Shown: positions 21,207 through 32,320, counted from the whole stretch's first letter. The stretch is 62,928 nt of DNA, filler included, from 7 parts of 7 records of this genome joined end to end with filler, not necessarily neighbours in it; one strand, 5' to 3'. Program-made: numbers and translations. The notes: generated from the letters alone by a model not told the origin.

Positions 21207-23212
21207 GTGGTGAATATACTATCTAAAGTAAGTGTACTTAAGGGAGTTGGCGAAAAAAGAGAGGAGCTTTTTAATGCAAAGGGTATTTATACCGTTCTGG
21301 ATTTGTTGTTTTATTTGCCAAAATCATTTAAGGATTTTAGCAGAGTAGTAAAAATAACTGAAGATGTGGAAAAAGAAAGCTTATATTATGTTAAGGTAGA
21401 ATCTAAGCCTAGCTTTGGGTTTGGAAAAAACAGATCTAGGTTTTTAAGGTTTAAGGTTGCGGATGATAGTGGCGATGCTTTTGTATATTATTTTAATATG
21501 TCATATATGGCAGGGCACATTACGAAGGGCGATAATATGTATCTTTTTGGAAAGATGTATGTTAAAGAAGGAAAGAGATATATTGTAAACCCAAATATTC
21601 ATAGGACTATAGATGACAAGAGAAAACTTATTCCTGTTTATCCTATTATTCATGGTATTGGTCAAAAAACCATAACAAAGTGTATAGAGCTTTCTCTTGA
21701 AAATATAAAAGGCAGTGCTGATTATCTTAGTGATGAATTTAAGGACGAATTTGATTTGCCACAATTTTATGAGGCGCATAAAAATAATCATTTCCCTGAT
21801 GAATTAGGGCAAATAAAAAAATCTAACGATAGGTTTTCTTTAGAAGAACTTTTGGTTTTTTTGTGTCTTATTGAAAACTATACCAGCAAAAAAACAAAAC
21901 TGGATTTGAACTTTAACTTTGGAGATGATGTTGACAATCAATTTTTACAGCAGATAGACTTTAGGCCAACAGGTGCTCAAACTAAAGCTATGTTGGATAT
22001 AAAAAAGGACTTTGAATCTGGATATGCTATGAATAGATTGGTTCAGGGCGATGTGGGGTGTGGGAAGACCATTGTCGCTTTTTATGCGATGTTTTTGGCG
22101 CATAGGGCAGGTCATCAATCTATGATGATGGCGCCAACCGAGGTTTTAGCAAGACAGCATTACGAAAACGCTAAAACCATTTTTTCGGGTATAGGTATAG
22201 AGATTATTACGGGGTCTATGACAAAGAAGGAAAGAGAAGAAACAAAGAATAGACTCGAAAGCGGTCAAAGCAGTATGGTTTTTGGAACGCATGCATTGTT
22301 GTTTTCAAAAATAGAATATAGATCGCTTGGTTTAGCGATAACAGATGAGCAGCACAGGTTTGGTGTTAGTCAGCGTGCTAAAGTAGCGTACGGCGGTAGT
22401 TTGAATACTTTGGTTATGTCAGCAACACCAATACCGAGAACCCTGGCGTTAGTGCTTTATTCTAATATAGATGTTTCAATAATTGACGATATGCCGAATG
22501 GAAGGCAAAAAACCGAGACATTTATTGTAGGCGAAACCAAAAGAAAAGATATGTACGACTTTATAAAAAAAGAGTGTAAAAAGGATTTCAGGCTTATGTT
22601 GTTTGTCCTTTAATAGAAAGCGAAGACGATGACAAAAGTGTTTATAATATATATGAACAGGTAAAAGGTGAATTTGGCATAAAATCTTGTGAAATACTGC
22701 ATGGAAAAATGAACAACGCAGAAAAGAATGAAATCATGTTAAGGTTTAAGAGAGGAGATATAGATGTTTTGATATCCACAACAGTTATTGAAGTTGGTGT
22801 GGATGTGAAAAATGCAACTATTATTGCGATAGAGCAGGCTGATAGGTTTGGCATGTCGACACTTCATCAGTTAAGAGGCAGAGTTGGAAGAGGAAGCGAT
22901 AAGGCTTATTGCTTTTTGGTAAGTGATGTAAAAAACGATAGACTTGAAGCGGTAAAACAACAGAGTGATGGATTTAAACTTGCTGAGATGGATTTGGAGA
23001 TAAGAGGTCCTGGTCAGTTTTTGGGTAAAAAGCAGCATGGTATTGATGATTTTTATATGCATAGGATTATTAACGATACTAAAATGATAGAAAAAGCGAA
23101 GGGTATTTATGCACGCATGAAAAATGGCGAGTTTAGCCATGAATACAATATTGTTAAAGAGAATTCGCAAAGAAAGTATAAAAGGCTTATGAAGGATATT
23201 GCACTTAATTAA
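21207..23212 (+). CDS. recG: ATP-dependent DNA helicase RecG; split by a 1-nt deletion near 22580
   Basis: GDVGCGKT, DEQHRFG, SATPIPRT, TTVIEVGVD and QLRGRVGR motifs; one extra A restores KKGFQAYVVCPLIE. Confidence 0.96.
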
Positions 23213-23254
23213 TGTAGATATGATATAATCATATAAAATGCATGGAGATTAATT

Positions 23255-24127
23255 ATGTATAGGGTTGATAAAGTCGAGCTGGATAGTACATATATAGAAT
23301 ATATTGTTTTTGGAAAAGGAAATAAAACCTTAGTGATGATTCCAGGGCTTAGCGACAGTATGGTTAGTATAAAAGGTCGCGGTATGTTTTTATATAGCCA
23401 TTATAAAAATTTTGCTAAGCATTATAGAGTTTATCTTATATGTAGAAAAGATTATTTGCAAGATGGTTGTAATACAAGAGACATGGCAAAAGACTATATA
23501 AAGGCATTTGATGCTTTAAATATAGATAAGGCACATATATTTGGAATATCGCAAGGCGGAATGATAGCTCAGTGGATTGCAATAGATTACCCTAGTTATA
23601 TCGATAAACTTATTCTTGGAGTTACTACAGCAAAACCAAGCGAAAAAAGTATCTGTGCAATTAGTGAATGGATTGAACTTTTAAAGCAGGAAAGATATGG
23701 CGATTATATGGTTGATGCTATAGAAAAATCTTACAGCAATCAAGGGGTAAAAAAGTATAGAAAATGGTATCCAATTATTAAAAGGGTAGGTAAGCCAAAA
23801 TCGTATAGAAGCTTTTTTATTCAAGCTAATGCATGTATAAACCATAATGCGCTGGATAAACTCTGCGATATAAATTGTGAGACTTTGGTCATTGGGGGAG
23901 GTAGTGATAGAGTTGTCGGCGAAGATTCGTCTGAACAGTTAGCACAAAAAATACCTAATAGTCATTTGGTTTTGTATAAACAGCTTGGACATATGGCTTT
24001 TGATGAAACAAAAGATTTTTATAAAAAATGTTTAGACTTTTTGCTTGGCAAAAAAAGTTTAATGAAAGCAAAAGTAAACGCTTGTTATGGAATAATAATG
24101 TGTATCATATTTAGTTTTTGTCATTAA
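23255..24127 (+). CDS. Alpha/beta hydrolase; exact C-terminus uncertain
   Basis: GISQGG nucleophile elbow; catalytic Asp (SDRVV) and His (LGH). Confidence 0.85.
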   Translation: MYRVDKVELDSTYIEYIVFGKGNKTLVMIPGLSDSMVSIKGRGMFLYSHYKNFAKHYRVYLICRKDYLQDGCNTRDMAKDYIKAFDALNIDKAHIFGISQGGMIAQWIAIDYPSYIDKLILGVTTAKPSEKSICAISEWIELLKQERYGDYMVDAIEKSYSNQGVKKYRKWYPIIKRVGKPKSYRSFFIQANACINHNALDKLCDINCETLVIGGGSDRVVGEDSSEQLAQKIPNSHLVLYKQLGHMAFDETKDFYKKCLDFLLGKKSLMKAKVNACYGIIMCIIFSFCH

Positions 24128-24190
24128 ATGTAGGCTAGGGCTGATGGGTAGGGTGAATTTTGAAAAATCGTAAAAAATCATTTGAAAAAA

Positions 24191-24290
24191 NNNNNNNNNN
24201 NNNNNNNNNNNNNNNNNNNNNNNNNNNNNNNNNNTTAATTAATTAANNNNNNNNNNNNNNNNNNNNNNNNNNNNNNNNNNNNNNNNNNNN
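24191..24290. other. Artificial contig linker
   Basis: 44 N + TTAATTAATTAA + 44 N. Confidence 0.98.
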
Positions 24291-24333
24291 GTTGTAGATC
24301 ACAGGGCACCGCTACCTCCCAGCTAGTGTGACA
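24291..24333 (-). ncRNA. ffs: 5' end (Alu domain) of a large bacterial SRP RNA, truncated by the contig edge
   Basis: Minus strand GTCACACTAGCTGGGAGGTAGCGGTGCCCTGTGATCTACAAC. The 20-nt core GGGAGGTAGCGGTGCCCTGT matches the B. subtilis scRNA 5' region as I recall it; consensus promoter directly upstream. Confidence 0.8.
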
Positions 24334-24339
24334 GGGATT

Positions 24340-24368
24340 ATTATAACGAAATTTCTGTTCCGTGTCAA
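24340..24368 (-). promoter_or_regulatory. Perfect-consensus sigma70 promoter driving the ncRNA
   Basis: Minus strand TTGACA-N17-TATAAT. Confidence 0.9.
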
Positions 24369-24455
24369 TGTTTTTTTATTTCTTCTTTCCCATTTCATTA
24401 GAAAAAAGATACTCAAAGCATTATAAATATTACCTTCACTGCTTCTATTTTTTTA

Positions 24456-25811
24456 CTAAATATTAAAAAATACCTTAACCAAATTAAAATATACTAATAG
24501 TGACATTACGTCAATTATTGTTGTTAGAAGAGGACTAGCCATTAACGCAGGATCAAGTTTTATACTTTTTACGGCAATTGGCAAAATCCCACCAACTATC
24601 TTCGACATAATAATTGTGAACATCATACTAAGTGATACCATAATAGATATCTCTAATTTATCCGGTCTTCCAACTAAAGCTATCTCTAAATAGTAAAGAC
24701 GGAAAAAATTGATTATAGCCAAAACTAAACCAACTATTAAACTTGTTCTAACCTCATGCCAAATAACCTTTAAAATATCATCAAGTTTTACATTCCCAAG
24801 AGATAAATCACGGATAATTAATGCAGAAACCTGTGCTCCTGCGTTTCCAGATGTCCCACTAAGCAGGGGAATGAAGCTCGACAAAACTGTTATTTGTACT
24901 AGTATCGACTCATAATGGCTTATTACAGCTGATGTAAGGGATGCTGACACCATTAGTATAGCTAGCCACGGAATACGCTTCTTAGCCATCTCAAGAGGCC
25001 CTACTTCTAAATAGTTCTCTTCTAGAGGAGTTACGGCAGCCATCTTTTGGATATCCTCTGTTGTTTCCTCTTCGATAACATCTACTATATCATCAATTGT
25101 GATAATTCCTGTAAGTCTATTTTCTTTATCAATAACAGGCATAACTATCAAATCATATTTTTTAAACTTCTCTGCAATTATTTCCTGATCATCTGTTGTA
25201 TGTACACTGATAATCTCTTCTTCAGCAATATCAATAACTTTTGTTTTTTTAGGTGAGAGTATCAACTCTTCCAAAGAAACTACACCTAATAACTTTCTTG
25301 TTTTATCTGTGATATAACAAGTGTAGATAGTTTCCTTCTCTTTTCCAACCTCACGTATATGTTCAAGGGCGTCTTCAACATCCATATCTTTTTTTAACGA
25401 AAGATATTCAATCGTCATCAAGCTTCCTGCTGAATCTTCTGCATATTTTAAAAACTGATTAATTATTAATCTATTTTCCTTTGTAGTATTTCTAATTATT
25501 CTCTTTACCAGATTAGCAGGCATCTCCTCTACCATGTCAACTATATCATCCATATAAAGTTCATCAACAAGCTCTTTCATCTCAACATCACTAAATGCCC
25601 TGATTAGTTGCTCTTGATCATCAGGCTCTAAATAGGAAAATACCTCTGCCGCTTCATCTTTCGGCAAAAGTCTATATATTAAAAGTGCTTCTTTTGTATT
25701 TAGTTCTTGTATTATTTCACTTACATTAAATGCATGCAGTGAAGTAAGTTCCTCTTTTAACTTTAAGAATTTCTTAGCATGTAGAAGTTCTTCAATTGTA
25801 TTATTCTCCAT
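24456..25811 (-). CDS. mgtE: Magnesium transporter MgtE
   Basis: N-domain, CBS pair (SAGSLMT, GIITIDDIVD), GTSGNAGAQ and DPALMASPLLTTIID motifs. Confidence 0.97.
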   Translation of the reverse strand: MENNTIEELLHAKKFLKLKEELTSLHAFNVSEIIQELNTKEALLIYRLLPKDEAAEVFSYLEPDDQEQLIRAFSDVEMKELVDELYMDDIVDMVEEMPANLVKRIIRNTTKENRLIINQFLKYAEDSAGSLMTIEYLSLKKDMDVEDALEHIREVGKEKETIYTCYITDKTRKLLGVVSLEELILSPKKTKVIDIAEEEIISVHTTDDQEIIAEKFKKYDLIVMPVIDKENRLTGIITIDDIVDVIEEETTEDIQKMAAVTPLEENYLEVGPLEMAKKRIPWLAILMVSASLTSAVISHYESILVQITVLSSFIPLLSGTSGNAGAQVSALIIRDLSLGNVKLDDILKVIWHEVRTSLIVGLVLAIINFFRLYYLEIALVGRPDKLEISIMVSLSMMFTIIMSKIVGGILPIAVKSIKLDPALMASPLLTTIIDVMSLLVYFNLVKVFFNI

Positions 25812-25910
25812 AATTCCTCCTCAATTTCAGCTTTTATTTCAGAAATAAAAGTATAGGCGGAGGGTATAACAGGTTTCGCTTTCATTAAATTTATCATTTT
25901 CTCCACCTCC
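25763..25910 (-). promoter_or_regulatory. Candidate leader ORF / translational attenuator of mgtE
   Basis: SD GGAGGTGG precedes ATG at 25897 (MINLMKAKPVIPSAYTF.., 44 aa, overlapping the mgtE start out of frame); internal anti-SD CCCTCCGCCT; palindrome CTTTTATTTC-T-GAAATAAAAG. Confidence 0.45.
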
Positions 25911-26105
25911 CTAGGAATTATTTTCATGTATTTTTATAATTTTAGCCTTTAGAATTATATCACAATTCTTTTTTTCAGTAAAGTTTACAAACCTCTTTTA
26001 CTAAACATTTACTCATGAAAAGTTTTCTTCTAAAAATAAAGCACCTCCCAGATTGATAACGTATTTTTACCAATTTAGGAGGTTATTTCTTAATAAAAAG
26101 CATTT

Positions 26106-28153
26106 TTAAAATTTGAATTTATCTTTTAATTTTTCTAACTCTTTTTTTAATTTTTCTTCTGCTTCTGCTTCTTGTTTTGCTTTTTCTGCTGCTGCTTTCT
26201 CTTCTGCTTTTTTTCTAAGTTTTTCTTCTTCAGCTTTCAGTTTAGCCTCAATCTCTTTTTTAAGTTTTTCTTGTTCTTGTTTCAATTTCTCTATTTGACC
26301 CTTATCTAGCTCTGATAATTTATCTTTTAGTAGCTCTTCAACATCTGATGCATTTTTAAAACTTTTAACCGCTTCTTTTTGATCATCCGATAAAATAGTT
26401 CCTATTTCTGCCTCTAATTTATCAACTTCAGCTAGAAGTTCATTTCTATACTTCTCTATCTTCTCATTTATCTCTTTTCTAATTTTCTCTTCTGCTTCTT
26501 TCATCTCTTCTTTATAGATTTCATCTAATTTATCAGAAAATATTTTTCTCAAATTAGTTTTCAATGTAAACTTATCATTCTCAAATCCTATTCTCAAAGT
26601 AATAGTCTCAATTGAATCAACTATTCTCTTAGTTAATTCATCAGCTAATTTATCGCCTTTTTTACTTAACTCTTTAAAATCAATATTAAATAACTCCAAA
26701 TCTAAAACAAAAGCAAAATCATCATTATTCATTGTAATATATGATGTTCCCGTTACATCACTTCTTGAAATATCTGCAAAACCAAGTGACTCATTTTCAA
26801 GTTCAGCACCATTTTGTTTTATTTCAACTTTCTTTAAGTTATTTTCACCTCTAAAATCAATTATTGAATCGAGAGTAGTTATTTTTTTCCCTCTTCATTT
26901 TTTAGAGCTATAATAATAGGATTCCCTGTTCTGTCTTGATTATCAGTTATATCAGTAATTACACCATCAAAATAAGAATCATTATTAAAAACTTTCACCT
27001 TAGTTTCTTTTATCCAAAACTTCGGTAATTCAGGCATTTTTTCACTTTTTGATTCTTTTTCTTCATCAGTTTTCTTTTTATTTCCAAACATCCCTGTGGC
27101 TTTTTCATAATAGTTAGTAAGTTTAATTAGTAAATTTGTTATTTTTTCCCCCAATAGATTTTTCAATAATTGTTCAACTTCATCTTTATTCAAATCTCCA
27201 AGACCTTCTAAGCTCTTTAAGTCATCCTCTACTACCTCTGTTAAATTATCTTTTAATTTATCTAACTCTTTAATATCCGATTCAAATTTCTTTTTATCAG
27301 ACTCAATATCATCAACTATTTCTTTTCCAGTATCTACAACCGCTTTTATTTCAGATTTCTTTGATTCCAATCGCTTAAGTTCTACTTTAAATTCATTTAA
27401 ACTCTTTTTATCTTTAATCTTTTTAAACAGCTTCTCAAGATGACTAGTATCAACATCTATATTTCCGAAGTCTTTTTCAAGATTTTTTATTCTCCCTTTG
27501 TAGTCTTTATCATCAACAAATTTAGACCAATACTCCTCCTTTTGATCAACTATCTTTTCAGCCTTCGCAAACTCTTTTTCTACTTTGAAATCAAGCTCAT
27601 TTTTAAAGTTTTCTCCTACTTTATCTTTTTCAAAGTCATCAAAAGTAAAAACTTCCTCTTTTTTTTCGTCTACTATCTCCCCAAAATAATTTTTGATTTC
27701 TCCTTTTAATTTTGAATCCTCTTTTGATTCTGCTTTTTTTGCTTTTTCAGCTTTTTTTGCAATCTTTTCCTTTATTTTTTCAGGAAGTTCTCCAGAACTT
27801 TCTCTAGCTGTGTCTAATAATACCTCTCCAATATTTAACTGATCAATTATAATTTTTCCTGCTAGTAAAGGCTTTGGTTCCAGATTAAATTCCGCACCTC
27901 TAATTTCATATGAATTTTTCATAAAATCTTCTTTATCTGTTATTTGTAATTTATCCATTGTTATTTCAAGTGTGAATAATGGATTCTCTAAACCTTCTAC
28001 TTCTACTAAAGCTCCGTTTGAAATACTCCCATTTGACTCAACTAAACTCTTTATAATCTTCACTCTCATCAAATAAGCTGTTGTAATTCCAATAACTAAT
28101 ATTAAAATTAAAATTGTTATATTTCTAAATATCTTTTTTATAAACTTTTTCAT
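26106..28153 (-). CDS. TIGR03545-like membrane-anchored (AsmA-like N-terminus) coiled-coil protein; split by a 1-nt deletion at 26882-26888
   Basis: One extra A joins GKK-ITTLDSIIDFRG..ITMNNDDF; N-terminal TM helix; PKFWIKE..GVITDITDNQDRTGNP motif. Confidence 0.65.
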
Positions 28154-28186
28154 CCTGCCCTCCCTAGTCAATGCAAGTCAATTTTT

Positions 28187-28855
28187 CTAGTATTGTTTAA
28201 TTATGAAAGCTGCTTGCTCTTCACTTTCTAATTTAAGTTTTTCTCCAAGATCAATAATCGAACTTTCACCAGTCAAATAATCTTCTAGATTTTGCAGTGA
28301 AAATTTATCAAAAACATCATTTGCAATTAACACTTTATCATTTTCTGTAAAATAAAACTCATGCATATTTGGAAGTAATACTTCATTCCTTCCAAGTGCA
28401 CTAGACAAGTTTTTATTCAACGGGTGTTTTTTTAATCTTTCATATTCGATTATCCCCATTTTAAATAACTCATAAGCTTGAGTATCCTCATCTGTTATCT
28501 GTTTTAACTCCCCAGATCCATATACATAAAGTGCTGCATTTCCAACCTGTCCAATTATAAGTTTTTTCTCATCTGCATAGTAACAAACTACACTGATTTC
28601 TGTTTTTCCTTCCTTATATATTTTTGCATTTATATTTTGCAAGGATTCTCTTAAAGTTCCCTTAATATTTGATTTATTAAATTTATTAAAAAACTCTTTT
28701 TGTAATTTTCTACAAACTTCATCTGGATCAATCAATTGATCTTTTGAATCACAAACAATTAATAGTTTTCCATCTTCACTTACAGAAGCTCCTTTGCCAC
28801 TGGCATAACAAGTCTCTTTGTTTGATGTCGAAAATAGTTTCGATAAAAATTTCAT
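28187..28855 (-). CDS. Degenerate PP2C/PrpC-like Ser/Thr phosphatase-fold protein
   Basis: LIIGQVGNAALY..LKQIT..HPLNKNLSSALG..DKVLIAND aligns by eye with PrpC/Stp1; several catalytic motifs altered. Confidence 0.7.
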   Translation of the reverse strand: MKFLSKLFSTSNKETCYASGKGASVSEDGKLLIVCDSKDQLIDPDEVCRKLQKEFFNKFNKSNIKGTLRESLQNINAKIYKEGKTEISVVCYYADEKKLIIGQVGNAALYVYGSGELKQITDEDTQAYELFKMGIIEYERLKKHPLNKNLSSALGRNEVLLPNMHEFYFTENDKVLIANDVFDKFSLQNLEDYLTGESSIIDLGEKLKLESEEQAAFIIKQY

Positions 28856-28910
28856 TACTCCTCCTAAAAACTCTTTAACTTTAATAAATTGCTCTATTAT
28901 ACTTATTTAA

Positions 28911-30372
28911 CTAGTTTGATGAAAGTAATAAGAACTCTACTCTATTTCTTCCACTTTCTTTTGCATTATAAAGGGCTGAATCAGCAACATCCAAAAGTTT
29001 CTTCTCTGAAAGATTAGAGCTAGGATAAGTTGATGATACACCAAGGGTTATTGTTACGAAATTTGATATATCTGAATAATCATGAATCAAACGCAACTCA
29101 TCTTCAATATGCGCTCTAAGCTTCTCAGCTAGCTCCACAGAAGATTCAAGGTCTGTATCTGGTAAAACTACTACAAACTCATCTCCTCCATATCTAGCGA
29201 CGAGATCAATCGCCCTCTTGAAGAAAGCATCTGCTGTTTTGGCAATTTTTTTAATACACTCATCTCCCTCGAGATGTCCATAATTATCATTATATTGCTT
29301 AAATCTGTCAATATCAAATATAATAATTGACATCGGTGTTTTGTATCTAACAGCTCTCCACCATTCCCGTTTAGCAACCTCTTCAAACCTTCTTCTGTTA
29401 GCAATTTCCGTTAGTCCATCTTTCAGAGATAACGACAATAACTTTTGATTTGCATCCTTCAAAATCATTGATTTCTGAGCATTATTTAAAGCTATTGCTA
29501 CATAGTTTACAAATGCTTTCATTATTGTAATGTCCTGCTCTAGATATTCATCGTCAGTTCTTTTTTTAAGATAAACTCCCCCGATTACTCTTTCTTCTAT
29601 AATTAGTGAAACAAAACGTTCAGAACTTTTTTCACCTTTGAAAACCATTTTTTCTCGACCACTACCCATATGAAATTCTCTAAAACTTTTTTCCATTAAA
29701 AGCTGCTTCCCGTTATTTTTTATACCATCAACAGAAAGAAAAGAGAACTCTATATTTTTTCCGCTATCATCATAAATTACAAGTCCAAATTCAACTAAGT
29801 CAAGGATTTTTTTAAAGTGTTTTTCCGTTTTAGAAACCACTTTATCCAGATCAAGTACTGATGTAATCTCTTGCCCCATCTCACTAATAACCTTTATATC
29901 ATTGTATAGTTTTTCAACTTCATCAGTTCTTTCAGTTAAACGGACATTTTTTAACTGAACTAAATCTTTTTCATGTTCAATTTTCACAAGCTTTAATTGA
30001 TTTTTCAAATGTAGAACTTTCTTCTCAACTTCTTTTACTTGATTTTGTTTCTCTTCTTTGGAGTAATATTTATAGTAATTTAATGCTTCTCTATACTTTT
30101 TATTATTTTCATAAAATTCAGCGAAATTGGAATAAATTTTTGACAGCTTCATTTTATAGTTATTGTTTATAGAGGTTTTATGGGCTTCCTTTAAAATCTC
30201 CAAAGCTTCTTCTGTTTTTTTGTATCTTAATAAAAAACTATAAAATTCAAGTTGAACTATAACTAAAAAATAAACTAAATTTTGCTCTTTTAAAAGCTCT
30301 ATTGCTTTTTGAAAATTTTCATGAGCATCCTCAAACATATCTTTACTAGAGTAAATTTTAGCTAAACAAAAA
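28911..30372 (-). CDS. TPR + GAF + GGDEF diguanylate cyclase, 5'-truncated
   Basis: DGLTEIANRR, DIDRFKQYND, RAID (RxxD I-site) and RYGGDEF motifs; frame open to the contig edge. Confidence 0.93.
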
Positions 30373-30472
30373 NNNNNNNNNNNNNNNNNNNNNNNNNNNN
30401 NNNNNNNNNNNNNNNNTTAATTAATTAANNNNNNNNNNNNNNNNNNNNNNNNNNNNNNNNNNNNNNNNNNNN
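30373..30472. other. Artificial contig linker
   Basis: 44 N + TTAATTAATTAA + 44 N. Confidence 0.98.
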
Positions 30473-30589
30473 CCGGGCTTGAGGTCGTCTTCAAGGCGCA
30501 TTCCTTTTCCCCCTCCCATGGCACGGACTGCACGGCCATTGTTAACGGGGAACAAGGAAACGTACACTTCCAATCGATGGGGAGCAGAT

Positions 30590-31699
30590 ATGTTGATGAA
30601 CTCGCTGAGAGGAATGCCTGAAAAGAACGATGGTGCCGATAGGTATGTGCGCCAGGTTCTGTCCGCATATCTTAAGAACCGTCCCATGAGGGACAACCCG
30701 GCTTGCGCAACGGATTGGGAGCGCATCGGCCATACGGTTATGGTGCATGGATTGGAAGGGGTTTTTCAACATGCTTTGAATGAAATCGACGTTCCGTCCC
30801 AGATGCGCGATGCATGGCAAAAGAGAACGATGGCCGTTTTGTTTGAGAATATTCGTTCCCTGCGCACGGCGGTTCGACTATTTCATCTTCTTGACGAAAA
30901 CAAGATCCCTGCTGTGGCCATGCGTGGTTTGACATTGGCGAACAAGGATTATGAGTCACCCGGCATGCGTTCAATGGGCGATATCGACGTCTTGATCAGC
31001 CCCGAGGATCGTAAGCGGTTGCTGGATGTGGCCCAGAGGGCTGGCTATTCACCGGAAAAGGTACTGAGAAGTCAATATGTGTTTAAAATTGAAGGGGGTG
31101 TTATTGAGCTGCACTGGTCGTTTCTGACGGCCAAACGCTACCGTGATCAGCTTGAGAGCCGTTTTTTGCTGGCAACCAGACAGCCCTTCACGACCCCGGA
31201 CGGCGGGATTTACTGCCTATCAAACGAGAACGAGTTGATCGGCCTCGTCGCCCATTCATTCATCCACCATGATCTGAGCGTGCTCAACCAACTGCTTGAT
31301 ATCGCCATTTACATGATGAAGCCGGCAATGGACTGGGACTACATCAAACGCTGGTGTGAAGCCACCAATCTGTCCCGCATGTTTGCATTGACCTTGGATC
31401 TGGTCAGCCGATTTTTCATGCTGGAAGTGGAAGGCTTTCGGCGGGCTTTCGGTAATATGGCCAGTCCGCGCCTTGCGAAAACACTGCCTGATTACACTGC
31501 CCCTTTCTTCGGCAAAACTGGCATCGGTTCGTATATCCGCCGGAAAGGCAATTTGCTTTACATCGCCGAACATCCACGGGGCAAGCTCAATCAACTGCTT
31601 TGTTTCTGCACCGTTAAAGAAGCCAAAGAATTATTTCGCCGGCTCTTTCAAGGAAGGGCAGGGCACGATCCTCGCCCGTCGCCTGGAAACAAAGCATGA
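30590..31699 (+). CDS. Uncharacterised nucleotidyltransferase family protein (NTP_transf_5-like)
   Basis: MRGLTL..Y..PGMRSMGDIDVLI, IELHW, LVAHSFIH and LLDI..DW motifs; ATG at 30590 follows GGGAG. Confidence 0.85.
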   Translation: MLMNSLRGMPEKNDGADRYVRQVLSAYLKNRPMRDNPACATDWERIGHTVMVHGLEGVFQHALNEIDVPSQMRDAWQKRTMAVLFENIRSLRTAVRLFHLLDENKIPAVAMRGLTLANKDYESPGMRSMGDIDVLISPEDRKRLLDVAQRAGYSPEKVLRSQYVFKIEGGVIELHWSFLTAKRYRDQLESRFLLATRQPFTTPDGGIYCLSNENELIGLVAHSFIHHDLSVLNQLLDIAIYMMKPAMDWDYIKRWCEATNLSRMFALTLDLVSRFFMLEVEGFRRAFGNMASPRLAKTLPDYTAPFFGKTGIGSYIRRKGNLLYIAEHPRGKLNQLLCFCTVKEAKELFRRLFQGRAGHDPRPSPGNKA

Positions 31700-31826
31700 C
31701 GGCGTCGTAAATCGTTCATGATTGCATACGTCGCCAATTTTTTTCTGGGTGACGGATCCAGTCCGGCATGACGCGTCAGACATGTCTTGCACGAAAAAAA
31801 TGGGCCTTCGGTGCAATCGGTTACGA

Positions 31827-32303
31827 TCAGCCCATGCGCAGGCCGGCCCGCATATTGATCAGCATGGGGCCGAAGCCACAGGACGCGAAAAGCCGTTGCG
31901 CGGCTACGTTAAATTCCCATACGCCCAGTTCCAGGTGCGGGTATCCTTTATCCTCGGCAAGCTGTTTGGCGCGAAGGGTCAACTCCCTGCCGAGTCCCTG
32001 TTTCTGAAAGTCTGGCGCGACAACGATATGCTGCAATACGATAAACCGGCGCTCATGGGTAAACGTGCCTTTGCGGGCCACGTGCTCGACAACAAACGCA
32101 TATCCTGCGGTTTGCTTGCCGCCCCGGGCCACCATTAGCGTGGCACGGCCGCCAGTCATGTTCTTTTCAAAAAAGGCGACGACTTTTCGCTTGCTGAATT
32201 TGCTGAAAATCGAGGCCTCGTTGGCGTTGTGCATTTGCTGGAGCTGTTTCGTCAACGGAAGGATGGATTTGATGTCACCGTTGGAGCCGACAATGATTTC
32301 CAT
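31827..32303 (-). CDS. GNAT family N-acetyltransferase
   Basis: VAPDFQKQGLGREL (acetyl-CoA motif A) and VWEFNVAAQRLF; start MEIIVG at 32303. Confidence 0.88.
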   Translation of the reverse strand: MEIIVGSNGDIKSILPLTKQLQQMHNANEASIFSKFSKRKVVAFFEKNMTGGRATLMVARGGKQTAGYAFVVEHVARKGTFTHERRFIVLQHIVVAPDFQKQGLGRELTLRAKQLAEDKGYPHLELGVWEFNVAAQRLFASCGFGPMLINMRAGLRMG

Positions 32304-32320
32304 GTTGTCTTTCCCACAAT

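Noticed and set aside
25812-26100. M-box (ykoK) riboswitch upstream of mgtE
   Set aside because: No recognisable M-box conserved sequence by eye; needs cmsearch to exclude formally
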